Positions 39,201-49,299 of a stretch of DNA of 64,000 nt are shown piece after piece. Made by a program: the position numbers and the translations under genes. A model generated the notes under the pieces. It was not told the DNA's origin, made no database searches, and worked only from the letters and a program-made list of their open reading frames with translations. How positions within the stretch are numbered: the first letter of the stretch is position 1; each line of letters opens with the position of its first letter. The DNA lies in the NCBI GenBank assembly GCA_965279375.1, contig OZ257156.1, positions 192,001 through 256,000 on the forward strand, in the 5' to 3' direction. The stretch comes from Gemmatimonas sp. GTDB lineage: Bacteria > Gemmatimonadota > Gemmatimonadetes > Gemmatimonadales > Gemmatimonadaceae.

Positions 39201-39379
39201 AGTCGGTACTTGAGGCCGCGGAAGAGCGTCGGGTCCACCGAGGCCATCATGGGGGCGGGGGCCGGCTTGGGCGCGGATGCGGCAGGCTTTGCGGGTGCCT
39301 GCGCGGCGAGGCCGGTGGGGCCGACCGCCGCGAAGGCCGCGGAGGTCAGAGAGAGCGTTCGGAGAAAGCGACTGGCCAT
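36290..39379 (-). CDS. VPS10/BNR beta-propeller protein, second paralogue
   Basis: Signal peptide from MASRFL; Asp boxes, HGDNH and TQGR; same architecture as 25494-28727. Confidence 0.9.
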   Translation of the reverse strand: MASRFLRTLSLTSAAFAAVGPTGLAAQAPAKPAASAPKPAPAPMMASVDPTLFRGLKYRLVGHSVGGRATTVTGVPSEPKTFYMGVASGGVFKTTDGGVSWNPITDGKVPLGSSGSIAVAASNEKVVYLGTGSDGVRSNVSTGRGVYKSTDAGATWNFAGLYNVGQIGAVRIHPTNPDIVWVAAYGDIFKPSSERGIYKTTDGGKSWKKTLFVSDSTGAMDVEIQPGNPNVLFAWMNRIERKPWTIISGSREGGFYKSTDGGETWTRGMNGLPKDLIGKANLGVTAANPQRIYALVEALPGGGLYRSDDAGANWTLMNSNGALLQRPFYYTTLGTDPSNADVVYAGAESFFKSTDGGKTMVTMRTPHGDNHDIWVNPNNSNTMVQSNDGGANVSFDGGRTWSTQRNQPTAEFYGIATDNAFPYRIYAAQQDNSTYIFSSLSDPFVTEGMRVGPGCETGPILPHPSNKDLVYGSCKGQFSIMSFETGQSRNYWVGGQSLYGNAGQDLIFRFQRVSPMTTSPHDPSIIYYGSQYLHRSRDKGVTWEKMSPDLTAFPKCCQGASGEPITRDVTGEEFYSTLYAISESPKTAGVIWTGANDGPFHVTRDNGKTWKNITPKDLPTGGRVAWIDASPHKAGTAYYAAYRYLLGDYAPYLYRTDDYGATWTKLTDGKNGIPADAPTRVVREDPVRPGLLYAGTEFGLYISFDNGGHWQPFELNMPKVPINDIRIKNGDLVVATQGRAMWILDNISSLQQITPKTTASAITLYSPRVGYRTQAGAAFLSPTLEYFLPSAPSDTVKIEILDEKGAPVNSYRSDAPPPAAGRGGRGGGGGGGDPDDPEAAMMFGRPGGGAAGPTLNVVTKAAGLNRFVWGVQHSSGLGAPPGNYQARLTVGSTTQTVAFTVKMDPRLEAEGVTVADLKEQYQHNSKVRELVSDANAQVARTRQQEARLKGATGAAADTLAKVQELSGKLNTQPVRYGKPGIQAHIQYLSSMTVRVDQKVGRDALSRYTVLKAELDAVKKELDKLFPPKM

Positions 39380-39570
39380 GGCTGGGACTCGGTGGCAGAG
39401 AGCGTCGGCGGTACAACGGATCCAGTCCCGGCGCGGGGCACGAGACCGACTTGAACACCCACCAAATGTGCAGAGAGAGAGGGCATTGCAGCCAGTACAT
39501 TGAGGGCGGAAGAACGAGGCAGCGAGATCCCACGGCGATTGCCACCCACTATCGCGCAACTGAACGAGCC

Positions 39571-40263
39571 ATGGATTCCCACCAACATCGCGGTCGTAGT
39601 CATCAGGGGAGAGGACAGGCAGACCCGCAGGTCGGCACCCGTGTGGCGGACGCGTTCGCGGCACTGCGCCGCCGACTCTCGCGTGGCGCGGTCCTGGGGC
39701 TTCTGTCGCTGTGCGTGGCGCGTCCCGCCGCCGCACAGCCCGCGGACGCCTCGATCCCGATCCGTATCACCACCTCGCTCGGCACCATCGAGGCCACGCT
39801 CGACTCGGCCCACGCTCCCGTCACGGTCACCAATTTTTTGCGCTACATCGATGGGGGCTTTTTTCGCGGCGGCCGCTTCCACCGCACGGTCACGCTCGAC
39901 AACCAGCCGAACAACGCGGTCAAGATCGAAGTCATTCAGGGCGCGCCGGCGCGGGACAGCACGCGCCGCAACTTCCCGCCCATTCCCATGGAGCCCACCT
40001 CGGTGACGGGGCTACAGCACCTCGACGGCACGCTCTCGATGGCCCGTGCGGGACCGAATTCGGCCACGGCGGAGTTTTTCGTGTGCATCGGGGCGCAGCC
40101 CGCGCTCGATTTCGGCGGCGCGCGCAACGCCGACGGCCAGGGCTTCGCCGCCTTCGGGCAGGTGACGGCGGGCATGGACGTCGTGCGAGCCATTCAGCAC
40201 GCCTCGGCCGCTGGGCAGAACCTGACGCCCCCGATCGTCATCCTCGATATCATTCGACGGTAA
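39571..40263 (+). CDS. Cyclophilin-type peptidyl-prolyl isomerase, exported
   Basis: APVTVTNFL, FHR, VIQG, GTLSMAR, SATAEFF and FGQV. Start uncertain (39571 or GTG 39643). Confidence 0.9.
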   Translation: MDSHQHRGRSHQGRGQADPQVGTRVADAFAALRRRLSRGAVLGLLSLCVARPAAAQPADASIPIRITTSLGTIEATLDSAHAPVTVTNFLRYIDGGFFRGGRFHRTVTLDNQPNNAVKIEVIQGAPARDSTRRNFPPIPMEPTSVTGLQHLDGTLSMARAGPNSATAEFFVCIGAQPALDFGGARNADGQGFAAFGQVTAGMDVVRAIQHASAAGQNLTPPIVILDIIRR

Positions 40264-40302
40264 GCGCCGACGATCACCGATCGGCGTCGTCTCCAGTACT
40301 CG

Positions 40303-41184
40303 ATGTCAACCACGCCTCTCGTGTCCATCGTCTCCGAACTGCTCACACTCCTCGAGCTGGAACCCCTCGAGGTCAACATCTACCGCGGTGTAAACCGCGA
40401 CCTGGGCACCGGCCGAGTGTTTGGCGGTCAGGTGTTTGCGCAAGCGCTCGTGGCCGCGCGCCGCACGGTCGATGCGCCGCGCGAAGCGCACTCCGTGCAC
40501 GGCTACTTCCTGCGTGCCGGCGACCTCAAGGCACCGATCGTCTACTTCGTCGATCGCCCGCGCGACGGTGGCAGTTTCACCTCACGCCGCGTCACGGCGA
40601 TTCAGCATGGCGAGGCGATCTTCCATCTCTCCGCCTCGTTCCACGTGCACGAGGACGGACTCGAGCATCAGGCCACGATGCCCGATGTCGCGCCACCTGA
40701 AGCGTTCACGTCGGAGCTGGATATTCTGCGCGCGCGCGTCGACGAACTCCCGGCGAGCTTGCGTGGTGTGCTCACGCAGGACCGACCGCTCGACTTTCGC
40801 GCCGTGGTGCCGCACGACCCGATCACGCACATCCCGGGCGAGCCTCTGCGTCAGGTCTGGTTTCGCTGCATTGATCGCCTGCCCGACGAGCCGATCGTGC
40901 ATCAGGCCATCCTCGCCTACGCCTCGGACTACGGCATGCTGCCGACCGCGCTGCTGCCGCACGAGGTGTCGTATCGCGATCCACGACTGATGCTCGCGTC
41001 GCTGGATCACACGCTCTGGATGCACCGCGACTTCCGCGCGGACGATTGGCTGCTCTACTGCATCGACAGTCCGGCCGCGTATGGCGCGCGCGGCTTCGTG
41101 CGCGGACAGGTATTCACGCGCGAAGGCAAGCTTGTCGCGTCGGTGGCGCAGGAAGGACTGATGCGCGTTAGAGACGCTGGATAG
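40303..41184 (+). CDS. tesB: Acyl-CoA thioesterase II
   Basis: VFGGQV, HSVHGYFLR, RDGGSF, YASD, SLDH and QEGL. Confidence 0.93.
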   Translation: MSTTPLVSIVSELLTLLELEPLEVNIYRGVNRDLGTGRVFGGQVFAQALVAARRTVDAPREAHSVHGYFLRAGDLKAPIVYFVDRPRDGGSFTSRRVTAIQHGEAIFHLSASFHVHEDGLEHQATMPDVAPPEAFTSELDILRARVDELPASLRGVLTQDRPLDFRAVVPHDPITHIPGEPLRQVWFRCIDRLPDEPIVHQAILAYASDYGMLPTALLPHEVSYRDPRLMLASLDHTLWMHRDFRADDWLLYCIDSPAAYGARGFVRGQVFTREGKLVASVAQEGLMRVRDAG

Positions 41185-41210
41185 GCGCGGGTTTTTCCAA
41201 GGGGATTGAA

Positions 41211-41366
41211 GCGGATAAGAACAGACGAACTGCTCGGCCACGGATACTGAACTGATAAAATACGGAAAAGCTCGCGGATACTACGAAACAACAATTGTTG
41301 TTTGCAGTATCCGCGAGCTTCCTCTGTTCCTATCTGCTTCTATCCGTGGCCGAGCAGTTCATCCGC
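41211..41366. repeat. Long nested intergenic palindrome
   Basis: Perfect 20-bp arms 41227-41246/41341-41360, perfect 15-bp arms 41268-41282/41306-41320, and a central perfect 18-bp palindrome 41286-41303. Confidence 0.9.
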
Positions 41367-41402
41367 GCGTTTCCGCGCCAGTCGCTCAGGCAACGCCAAT
41401 CC

Positions 41403-43850
41403 TTACGGCCACGGCAACACGATCACCGGATAACGCGACCGCGACTTCGGATCGTCGTCACCGTCGAAGTACTTGTCGATGTCGCGGACAGTCTTGGCGC
41501 GCAACGCGCGGTCGGCCGCACTGCCGCCGGTCATGCCAGCGACACGCGCACGCAATGCGCTGAGATGCAGCTCGCAGATCGAGCGCACTTCGGCCAGCGC
41601 CTCCGCATCACCCGCGCGATCGAGCAGCGTGTTCACCACGACTTGCTGCACCGTGCGACGCATCGCCTGCGCGTTGTTGTCGGACGACACGGGGGCGCCC
41701 CACGTGCGATTGACGATCGTGCGAATGACTTCGTCGAGCGTGGGATTGGCGGCATCGCGCGCGCTGAACAGCACCAGTCGGCCAGCACGATCACGTTCCA
41801 GCAAACCTTCAATCACTTCCGTCGCCAAACCACCGGCCAACGTCACCTGATCGAACGCCGTCCCGGCATAGCCCAACCACGCGAACGAAGCGTCGCCACC
41901 CGGTGGCACCGGCGGAATCATCGCGAGCACGCGCTCAGGGACAGCCAGGCCTGCGGGCTCCAGTGCGTCGAGCGCGACGCCCAGCGCCTTGCGCTGCGAC
42001 GCCGCCGGCAAGATCTGCGTCGGCGTTTGTCCGTCTCCGCGCATCGCGTACCGGAAATCCATGCCGCCGACAAACTTCACCACGCTCTCGAGCGAGTAGC
42101 GGTGATGCAAATAGACGTGTGCAAATCGCATGTTGAGCAGATACATCGGCTCACCCGGCTTGATCGCGCGATCGTCGAACTTCTCGATGAGGAGATTGCG
42201 CACCTTGCTCGTCCGCTCGACCGCTTCGAACGCCGTCGCGCCTTCCTGCCAACGCGTCGCATCCGGAATCGAACCTTCGGGGCCCGAGTGCTGGTCGGCG
42301 ATGAAGCGCACGTTTCGCGTCAGACCATCCTTGATGATCTTCTCGAGCCCCGCCTTCTCCGACGCCGCATCGGGGAACCAGGTGTAACCGTAGCGCACCG
42401 TCAGCGTGTCCCACGCACCGCCAGCGGGCGCATACGCCTTCGACAAATCGATCTCGCCCTTCGCATTCAGCGTGATGAGCGGGAACGGATAGTCCATCAC
42501 GCTCGTGCGGCCCTGCGCCGAGGCGATGTAGTTGTGCGGAAAGCCCAACGTATGCCCGATCTCATGCGCGGCGTGCTGACGACGACGCGACATCGCGAAC
42601 GCATCGGCGCTCACGCTCAACCCCTGCGGACCCGCGGCGGGCAGCAGTCCCGCGTAGATGTTGTAGTCGATCAGCGAGCGCCACGCGTCCATGCGCACAA
42701 CGGTGCGCACGATCTCACCCGTGCGCGGATCGGAGAACGAAGGTCCGACGCTGGGGCCCGGCCCGTTCCGATGAATCCAGTAGAGCATGCTGTAACGCGC
42801 GTCCATCGGATCGGCGCCTGCCGGTAGATCGCGCACGCTGAACGCGTTCTTGAAGCCCGCCGCCTCGAACGTCTTGTTCCACCACATGCCACCTTCGCGC
42901 AGCGCTTCGCGATACTCGGCGGGAATGCCCGGATCGAGATAGTAGATGATCGGTGTGACCGGCTCCGTCAGCTCGCCGCGCTGATACGCTGCGGGATCCT
43001 TCGGCACCAAACGCCAGCGACCGGCGATCGCATTGCGATACGTGCCGTCAAAGCTCTGCGAGAAATCGAAGAACTGCGGACCACTCACACCAGAGCGCCC
43101 GTCGCCCTGTCGCGCACGAAAGCCCGCGCTATCAGGAAGTGCGACCAGCGAGTGATGCACTTCCATCGTGACCGAGCCTGCGTCCGGCGCCACGCGACGC
43201 AGCTGCGCGCCCGGATTGTCGACAGCGAAGGTGAGTACCGCGTGAATCTCGGTGTTCTTGGGGAATGCCTTCGAACGATCGCCATCCACGAAGCTGCGAC
43301 CCGCGTCGACCCGCGCGTTGCCTTGCTGCCCGCGCCGCACCGACTCCGCGATGCCATACGTGTCCGACAGGAAGAACGACGTCGCGTCGACGACGAGCGT
43401 GCCGTTCGCTTCCGATTCGATCGGCATGTTCGCGATCACCGACGTTGGGAATCCTTCTGCGGCCGCGCGCTGCTCCGCGGCATTCTCTCCCGGCGCGCGC
43501 ACACTCCAGTTGTCGCGCACCAACAGCACGCGCTTGCCTCGGCGTTCGAAGCGAACCACAACGCTCGAGCCGAGCTGACCGCGATCGAGTCCCAACGCAC
43601 CCATGCCGGTGGCCAGCGTGCTCTGATGCAGGAAGTCCTTGTTCAAGCGCTCGGCGGGGATCTCCAGCAACACCTTGTTGCGATCCGCATCGACCTTCAC
43701 ACCAACGAAGGCGGGCTGCTGGCGAGCCGCAGGCGTCGTGCGATGTGTTGTACGGGTCCGCGCTGACAGCGGAGACGCCGCGAGCACAAGCAAAGACGCG
43801 CCCGCCAGCAGCGGACGCGCGAGAGAGGCAACAGAAGAGACTCGGGACAT
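41403..43850 (-). CDS. Secreted zinc-dependent metalloprotease (DUF5117/DUF4953, EcxA-like)
   Basis: HEIGHTLGFPHNY and SVMDY (Met-turn), DPRTGEI; signal peptide. Start 43850 or 43862. Confidence 0.9.
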   Translation of the reverse strand: MSRVSSVASLARPLLAGASLLVLAASPLSARTRTTHRTTPAARQQPAFVGVKVDADRNKVLLEIPAERLNKDFLHQSTLATGMGALGLDRGQLGSSVVVRFERRGKRVLLVRDNWSVRAPGENAAEQRAAAEGFPTSVIANMPIESEANGTLVVDATSFFLSDTYGIAESVRRGQQGNARVDAGRSFVDGDRSKAFPKNTEIHAVLTFAVDNPGAQLRRVAPDAGSVTMEVHHSLVALPDSAGFRARQGDGRSGVSGPQFFDFSQSFDGTYRNAIAGRWRLVPKDPAAYQRGELTEPVTPIIYYLDPGIPAEYREALREGGMWWNKTFEAAGFKNAFSVRDLPAGADPMDARYSMLYWIHRNGPGPSVGPSFSDPRTGEIVRTVVRMDAWRSLIDYNIYAGLLPAAGPQGLSVSADAFAMSRRRQHAAHEIGHTLGFPHNYIASAQGRTSVMDYPFPLITLNAKGEIDLSKAYAPAGGAWDTLTVRYGYTWFPDAASEKAGLEKIIKDGLTRNVRFIADQHSGPEGSIPDATRWQEGATAFEAVERTSKVRNLLIEKFDDRAIKPGEPMYLLNMRFAHVYLHHRYSLESVVKFVGGMDFRYAMRGDGQTPTQILPAASQRKALGVALDALEPAGLAVPERVLAMIPPVPPGGDASFAWLGYAGTAFDQVTLAGGLATEVIEGLLERDRAGRLVLFSARDAANPTLDEVIRTIVNRTWGAPVSSDNNAQAMRRTVQQVVVNTLLDRAGDAEALAEVRSICELHLSALRARVAGMTGGSAADRALRAKTVRDIDKYFDGDDDPKSRSRYPVIVLPWP

Positions 43851-43906
43851 GCGCTGCACCATGAAGAATGATTTCGTACGGGGAAACACTGGTTTGGTGG
43901 CGTGGG

Positions 43907-44362
43907 CTACGGCTGAACGGTCCCCGGCTGGCCCGTTCCACTCGTGCTCGCACCATTGGCTACGCCTACGAGTGCAAGAACGATGGCAGTCGCGATCGAG
44001 AGCACGACAAGCGTGCTCTTCTTTCGCGAATATTCGCGCACGGCGACCGATTCGGTGAGACGCACGGGGACCGCCACCGTATCGCCCTTGGAGACAAAGC
44101 GCTCGCGAGTGCTCGTTGTCGTCTGCTCGACCGCGAGCACGATCGTGTCAGCCGTCGAACGAGTGACGGTGCCCTCGATCTCGCGCACATTGTTGCCGAG
44201 CGACTTGGTCAGGAACTCGCTTCCAGCCGAATTGAGCGTGACGCGCACCGCCTGTGCAGGCTCTGCAGGGCGCGCGGGCGCCACGGGGACGTACGCGTAG
44301 CAGCCAACCAGCGACCATGCTGTGAGCAACAGCAGGGACGCAGAGCCGAAACGACCGGCCAC
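43907..44362 (-). CDS. Hypothetical lipoprotein with a C-terminal hydrophobic helix
   Basis: Lipobox LVGC-YAYVP; C-terminal TLVVLSIATAIVLALVG. GTG start inferred. Confidence 0.65.
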   Translation of the reverse strand: MAGRFGSASLLLLTAWSLVGCYAYVPVAPARPAEPAQAVRVTLNSAGSEFLTKSLGNNVREIEGTVTRSTADTIVLAVEQTTTSTRERFVSKGDTVAVPVRLTESVAVREYSRKKSTLVVLSIATAIVLALVGVANGASTSGTGQPGTVQP

Positions 44363-44409
44363 GGGAATCCGTGACCGGTCGTTGCGGTGCTGCAGTGCGT
44401 TAGCGCGCG

Positions 44410-45807
44410 TTACTGGCACGACGCGGGCCGAGTGTTCCCGACGTTCGCCGGCTTCGGCACCTTCGGGTTCTGCAGTACTTCGTCGGCCGAGACCGGGAAG
44501 AAGCAAGGCTTCGTTCCGCGCGTGGCCACCCACCGATCCGCACGGATCTGGAAGCGGTAGTGGTCGTTCAGGCGACGTCCCTGCAGGAAGAGCGAGACGG
44601 CACGCTCATGAACGAGGATGTCGCGCGCGGCCGGCGTACCGGTCCACGCCGGCAGTCCATCCACGGCACGCACCGCGTTGATGCGCGTCGCGAATTCCGC
44701 GTTGTTGCCAGCGGCGAGTGCGGCTTCGGCGAGGATGAGCAGCATGTCCTTGGCCGACACCGCCGTCCAGCCCACGTTGACCGTGGACGAGAGACGGCAG
44801 CACTCGTCGATGTTCTTGAGCGTCACCGGATCAGACTGACCCGAAACCGGATCCTTCATCGAGATGCCAGCGACGCCGTCGAGCGGACGCGTACCGGCAC
44901 CGTTGGGCACGATGTAGTTGTTACCGGCGCGGATTTCGAGACGGGAGTTCATCTCGCTGCCCGTCGAGAAGTAGCCGCCGTTGTTCTGCGCGACCACGTC
45001 GAACCGATAGCGATAACCGTTGTTGCCCATCACCGCGAGCGCGGCGAGCGCGTCAGCCGTCGCACCCGCGTCGTTGATGAGCGGGTTGGCCGGGAAGCCG
45101 CGCGGCGCGCGGAGCGACGTCCACACCGCCTTCGAGAACTTCGCCCGGGCGCGGAGTCCGAGAATGCGCTGCTGCAACGCCACGTTATTGGTGGCCTGCG
45201 CCACCGCCAAACCCTTGTTGAGGTAGACCACGGCCGAGTCGAACATGATGCGCATGTTCGCGTCACCCACCGGTACACCGTTGTCGATGCGATCGGAGGA
45301 GATGACGAAATCCTCGTACGTCTCGCCGATCATCGTGTAGACCGTTGCCGTCAGGAAATACGCCTGGGCGAGGTCGGCGCGATTGCGCAGCGAGTTGGTC
45401 TTGTCGTATCCCTCGAGCTTCGGGATCACGTAGTCACCCATCCAGCGCGCCTGTGCGGCGTAGCTGAACTGGCCGTTCGTGTACTCGTTGTTCGGATCGC
45501 CGATGTCACCGACATCGAGCAGGTTCCAGTACTCACGCGAGCCGACCCACGTGAGTTCGTCCGACGACGCACCGACGGTGCCGACGATCTGGTTACCGGC
45601 CGCGTTGACGGCGCCATAGAGGCCGTTCACCAGCGAGCCTGCGGCGGCGGACGCCGTGGCGATGGCGTCCTCCGTCACGGCGTTGGGGTTCTTCACGTCG
45701 GTCGAGAAGATCTGACACGACGACAGCGTGATCGCGCCGAGCGCCACGGCGCCCAGCATCAGTTTGCGGCGCGGAGCCGCACCCACGATCGAGTTTCCGA
45801 TAGTCAT
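44410..45807 (-). CDS. RagB/SusD-like lipoprotein
   Basis: Lipobox LSSC; LILAEA, INAVR, ERAVSLFLQGRRLND and FPV. Confidence 0.9.
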   Translation of the reverse strand: MTIGNSIVGAAPRRKLMLGAVALGAITLSSCQIFSTDVKNPNAVTEDAIATASAAAGSLVNGLYGAVNAAGNQIVGTVGASSDELTWVGSREYWNLLDVGDIGDPNNEYTNGQFSYAAQARWMGDYVIPKLEGYDKTNSLRNRADLAQAYFLTATVYTMIGETYEDFVISSDRIDNGVPVGDANMRIMFDSAVVYLNKGLAVAQATNNVALQQRILGLRARAKFSKAVWTSLRAPRGFPANPLINDAGATADALAALAVMGNNGYRYRFDVVAQNNGGYFSTGSEMNSRLEIRAGNNYIVPNGAGTRPLDGVAGISMKDPVSGQSDPVTLKNIDECCRLSSTVNVGWTAVSAKDMLLILAEAALAAGNNAEFATRINAVRAVDGLPAWTGTPAARDILVHERAVSLFLQGRRLNDHYRFQIRADRWVATRGTKPCFFPVSADEVLQNPKVPKPANVGNTRPASCQ

Positions 45808-45822
45808 AGGGCAGTGGTCCGG

Positions 45823-48800
45823 TTAGAAGCCAAGATTGAACGCGAGCGAAACACGGCGCGGGATCGGCAGACCGAAGCCGTCCGTGGCGTTCTGGAAGTT
45901 GTCGGCGAGCGTGCCGGTCGAGCCGCGACCGTTCTCGTTCGACTCCGGATCCTGACCGGGGTACTTGGTCCACAGCAGCAGGTTACGTCCCGCGAGCGTG
46001 ATCGCCGCGTTGCGGAAGCCGAGCTTGGTGGCAACGGTCTGGCCGAGGTTGTACGTGACCGCCAATTCGCGCCAGCGCAGGAAGGAACCGTTCTGCGCCT
46101 GATAGAGTCCCGGCTCGAGCAGACGACGGTACTTGGTGATGTACTCCGTGGCCGCGGCGACACGCTGTTCCGGCGTGCTGGCCGGATTCTGCATGATCGA
46201 CTGGATGTCGGAGAATTCCTTGCGGTTCGAGCCAATCGACGGGTGCTGCGAGAGACGGAAACCGTCGGTCAGGTTGGAGACCATGTAGCCCGTGCGATAC
46301 TCGAGCGTGGACTGGATCTTCCAGTGCTTGGCGAAGTTGAACGTGCCACCAAACGCGCCCGTCCACTTGGGGATCGAGCTACCGACGCGCTGTTCGAAGA
46401 GCACGCCGCTGCCGTCATAGTCGGCAAGCAATGGCTGCAACGCGCTCTGCACGCCGGAGTTCTGGATGTCACGCGGCTGCGCGAAGTAGGCGAGCAGTTC
46501 GGCCTTCGTCGGCGCGGTGCCGCGACCGTTGAAGTTGAACGGGAGCTGATCCGCGGTGAAGCAGGTGACGTTGTTGCCGAGCTTGTTCTTGGTCGGGCCA
46601 CCGGCCGGGCACGGCTGCGCGAGGCGCGGCTCGTAGATGGAGCCCAGGGGATCGCCTTCCTTGAGGTAGATGCGATAGCGCGCATAGCCGCCCGAGACAC
46701 GGATCGGCGGCGCGCCGCCCAAGCTCGTGAGCGTCTGCTTGAGATACGCCGCGTTCGCGAACAGTTCGAGCGTCGTGGTGCCCTTCTGGATCGGGCTGCC
46801 GCGCAGACCAACTTCCATACCGTTGGCGTCGATCTGGCCGATGTTCGTCAGCTGCGAGTTGCGGAAGCCACCGGACTGCGCGAACACGCGCGGCACGAGT
46901 GCGTCCTTGACTGAGCGATCCCAGTACGTGAACTCGAGCGCGACCTTGTTGTTGAACAGACCCGCTTCGAAGCCAACTTCCGCTTCCGTGGAGATTTCCG
47001 GCTTGAGGTCGCTGTTGCCGAGCTGCGACGGCAGCAGGCCAGAGCCAAGCGACGTCACCAGCGGCGAGAACGTCGTGAACTGGTCGAAGGCACCGGGCTG
47101 ACGACCCGACTGACCGAGGGCAGCGCGGAGACGCAGCGTCGGCAGGATGCTCGAGTTCCACGACTTGCGATCCGACGGCACGACGGAGATGGACGCCTTC
47201 GGATAGAAGACACCACCGGCGCTCTTGCCGAACGCGCTGGAAAAGTCGTAGCGACCGCCGGCCGTGGTGAAGATCCAATCGCGCCAGCCGATCTGCGTCT
47301 GACCGAAGTAGCCGCCGTTGACCGTCGTGGAGAACGCTTCGCCCACGGAGATGTTCAGACCACCGGCACCGACCACTTCAATGCCCGGGCCCGGGAAGTT
47401 CGTCGAGTTGCCCGACTGCGTGGCCGTGCGGTTGTTGAAGACCTGCAGACCCACGACCGAGGACGTGGTCCACGAGGAACCGAAGTCGCGGTTGTAGGCG
47501 ACCTTGCCATCCACCGTGAGGACGCGCGTGCCGCTCGAGAACGTGGAGCGGGCTCCGTCCGGATTGTTGGACGTGAACAGGTCGACGTTGTAGCCGAACG
47601 GCGAGAGGCCGAAGTCGCGCTGCGCCGTGTAGTCGAAGCCGATCGTGCCGCTGTACGTCAGGTTGGTCGTCTGGTTGTACGAGCCATCGAGCACGCCGAC
47701 GTAACGCTGCGAGCTCGTTTCGTTGGTCACCTGCATCGCTTCACGCGCCGTGGCGAACGCCTGATTGCCGAACGGGTTGCCGGCGCCCGAGCAACGGCCC
47801 GGCGCGACGTACGTGGAGAGGTTGCAGTTGGCGAGTTCCGGACGCGCCATGTACGACAACGAGTTCACGCCGTAGATGTTGTTGTTGTTCTCGGGCGACG
47901 CGTTGTACGTGTTGTAGTAGTTGTTGTTGAACTTGATGCGCGTGTTCTTGAACGGCGTCAGCGACAGATTCGCCGACGTCTGGATGCGGCGCACCTTGTC
48001 GCGCGCGGGGCCCAAATCGGCGCCGCCGAACGGACCGTCTTCGTTGTAGTAGCGGCCGCTGGCGAAGTACGTCAGCGCACCACCGCCACCCTGCACGGAC
48101 GTGGACAGCGTGTTGCCGAGGCCCGTCTCCGTGAAGTAGTCCTTGAAGATGGGCACTTCGAACACCTGGAAGGCCTTGAGCCCCGGAATGTTCCAGTAGG
48201 TCGCCAGCGAGTCAGCGCGGGCCTGCGTGCGGGCGAAGCCCGAGTTGGCCGCCACGCGATTGCCAAAATCCACCGCGTCCTGCTGCAGCTGCATGTTCCA
48301 GCGCGGCGTGCCGGTGGAGCCGGTCTTGGTGAAGAACTGGATCACACCATTCGACGCTTCGGTGCCATACAGCGTGGCCGCGGCCGCGCCCTTGAGCACT
48401 TCGACGCGCTCGATCGTGCTGGGGTCGATGTCGTCGATACGCGACGGCGAACCGCCGCCACCGTTGCCGATGCCGTAGCCGCCGCCCGAGTTCATACGAA
48501 CGCCGTCAACAAAGATGATCGGCTCGTTCGACTGCGAGAGCGACGCGTTGCCGCGGATGCGGATCTTGGCGCCTTCGCCGGACAAACCACCCGAGACGAG
48601 GCCGGACACGCCGGGCTCGCGCGCGGTGAGCAAATTCGACATGTCGTTGATCGGCGCGTTGGCCGGCGGCGTGATCACGGCCACGGTGTTGCCGAGGCGC
48701 TTCACTTCCGTCTTCTGGCCGCTACCGGTGACGACAACCTGATTGAGCTGAATCGCGGAGACCGTGACGGCGAAGTCCGCCTTCGTCGTCTGTCCCGGCG

Positions 48801-49110
48801 TGATGGTCAGCGTGCGCGTCTCGCGCGAATAGCCGATCGCGCGCACGCGCAATACGACCGTCTGCGACGCGCCCGCCACCGGAATACCGGTGATGCGGAA
48901 ACCACCCTGCGCGTTCGTCATACCACCCAGCGTCGTGCCGTCGATCGATACCTGCACATTCTCGAGACCACGCGTTGTCGCTGCGTCAGTCACTCGCCCT
49001 TCGATGATCGCGGTGTTCCCTTGTGCAAACCCGCTCGACATCGGCAACGATAGCGCGAGCGCTATTGCCGCGATGAAGCGCGACCAACGTGTGCAAGCAG
49101 GATTCGACAT
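45823..49110 (-). CDS. SusC/RagA family TonB-dependent transporter
   Basis: DIDPSTIERVEVLKGAAAATLYGTEASNGVI, GNSDLKPE, YPGQDPE and terminal NLGF; GGAGG before ATG 49110. Confidence 0.95.
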   Translation of the reverse strand: MSNPACTRWSRFIAAIALALSLPMSSGFAQGNTAIIEGRVTDAATTRGLENVQVSIDGTTLGGMTNAQGGFRITGIPVAGASQTVVLRVRAIGYSRETRTLTITPGQTTKADFAVTVSAIQLNQVVVTGSGQKTEVKRLGNTVAVITPPANAPINDMSNLLTAREPGVSGLVSGGLSGEGAKIRIRGNASLSQSNEPIIFVDGVRMNSGGGYGIGNGGGGSPSRIDDIDPSTIERVEVLKGAAAATLYGTEASNGVIQFFTKTGSTGTPRWNMQLQQDAVDFGNRVAANSGFARTQARADSLATYWNIPGLKAFQVFEVPIFKDYFTETGLGNTLSTSVQGGGGALTYFASGRYYNEDGPFGGADLGPARDKVRRIQTSANLSLTPFKNTRIKFNNNYYNTYNASPENNNNIYGVNSLSYMARPELANCNLSTYVAPGRCSGAGNPFGNQAFATAREAMQVTNETSSQRYVGVLDGSYNQTTNLTYSGTIGFDYTAQRDFGLSPFGYNVDLFTSNNPDGARSTFSSGTRVLTVDGKVAYNRDFGSSWTTSSVVGLQVFNNRTATQSGNSTNFPGPGIEVVGAGGLNISVGEAFSTTVNGGYFGQTQIGWRDWIFTTAGGRYDFSSAFGKSAGGVFYPKASISVVPSDRKSWNSSILPTLRLRAALGQSGRQPGAFDQFTTFSPLVTSLGSGLLPSQLGNSDLKPEISTEAEVGFEAGLFNNKVALEFTYWDRSVKDALVPRVFAQSGGFRNSQLTNIGQIDANGMEVGLRGSPIQKGTTTLELFANAAYLKQTLTSLGGAPPIRVSGGYARYRIYLKEGDPLGSIYEPRLAQPCPAGGPTKNKLGNNVTCFTADQLPFNFNGRGTAPTKAELLAYFAQPRDIQNSGVQSALQPLLADYDGSGVLFEQRVGSSIPKWTGAFGGTFNFAKHWKIQSTLEYRTGYMVSNLTDGFRLSQHPSIGSNRKEFSDIQSIMQNPASTPEQRVAAATEYITKYRRLLEPGLYQAQNGSFLRWRELAVTYNLGQTVATKLGFRNAAITLAGRNLLLWTKYPGQDPESNENGRGSTGTLADNFQNATDGFGLPIPRRVSLAFNLGF

Positions 49111-49299
49111 CCTGGCCTCCTTCGGGTCTGGGTGTTCGCCGGCGACGCGCCGGTCACGGTCTGGTAAAGCCGGTCGAATATGTGGCCAGCCGATCCCATC
49201 GGCAACCAAATGGTCCCGAATTCTCCAGCATGGCCCATTTCTTAACCACGACCCGTTGCGGCGCGTCACGCACCGGGCCGTCTGCCGGTCCCAGCACGG

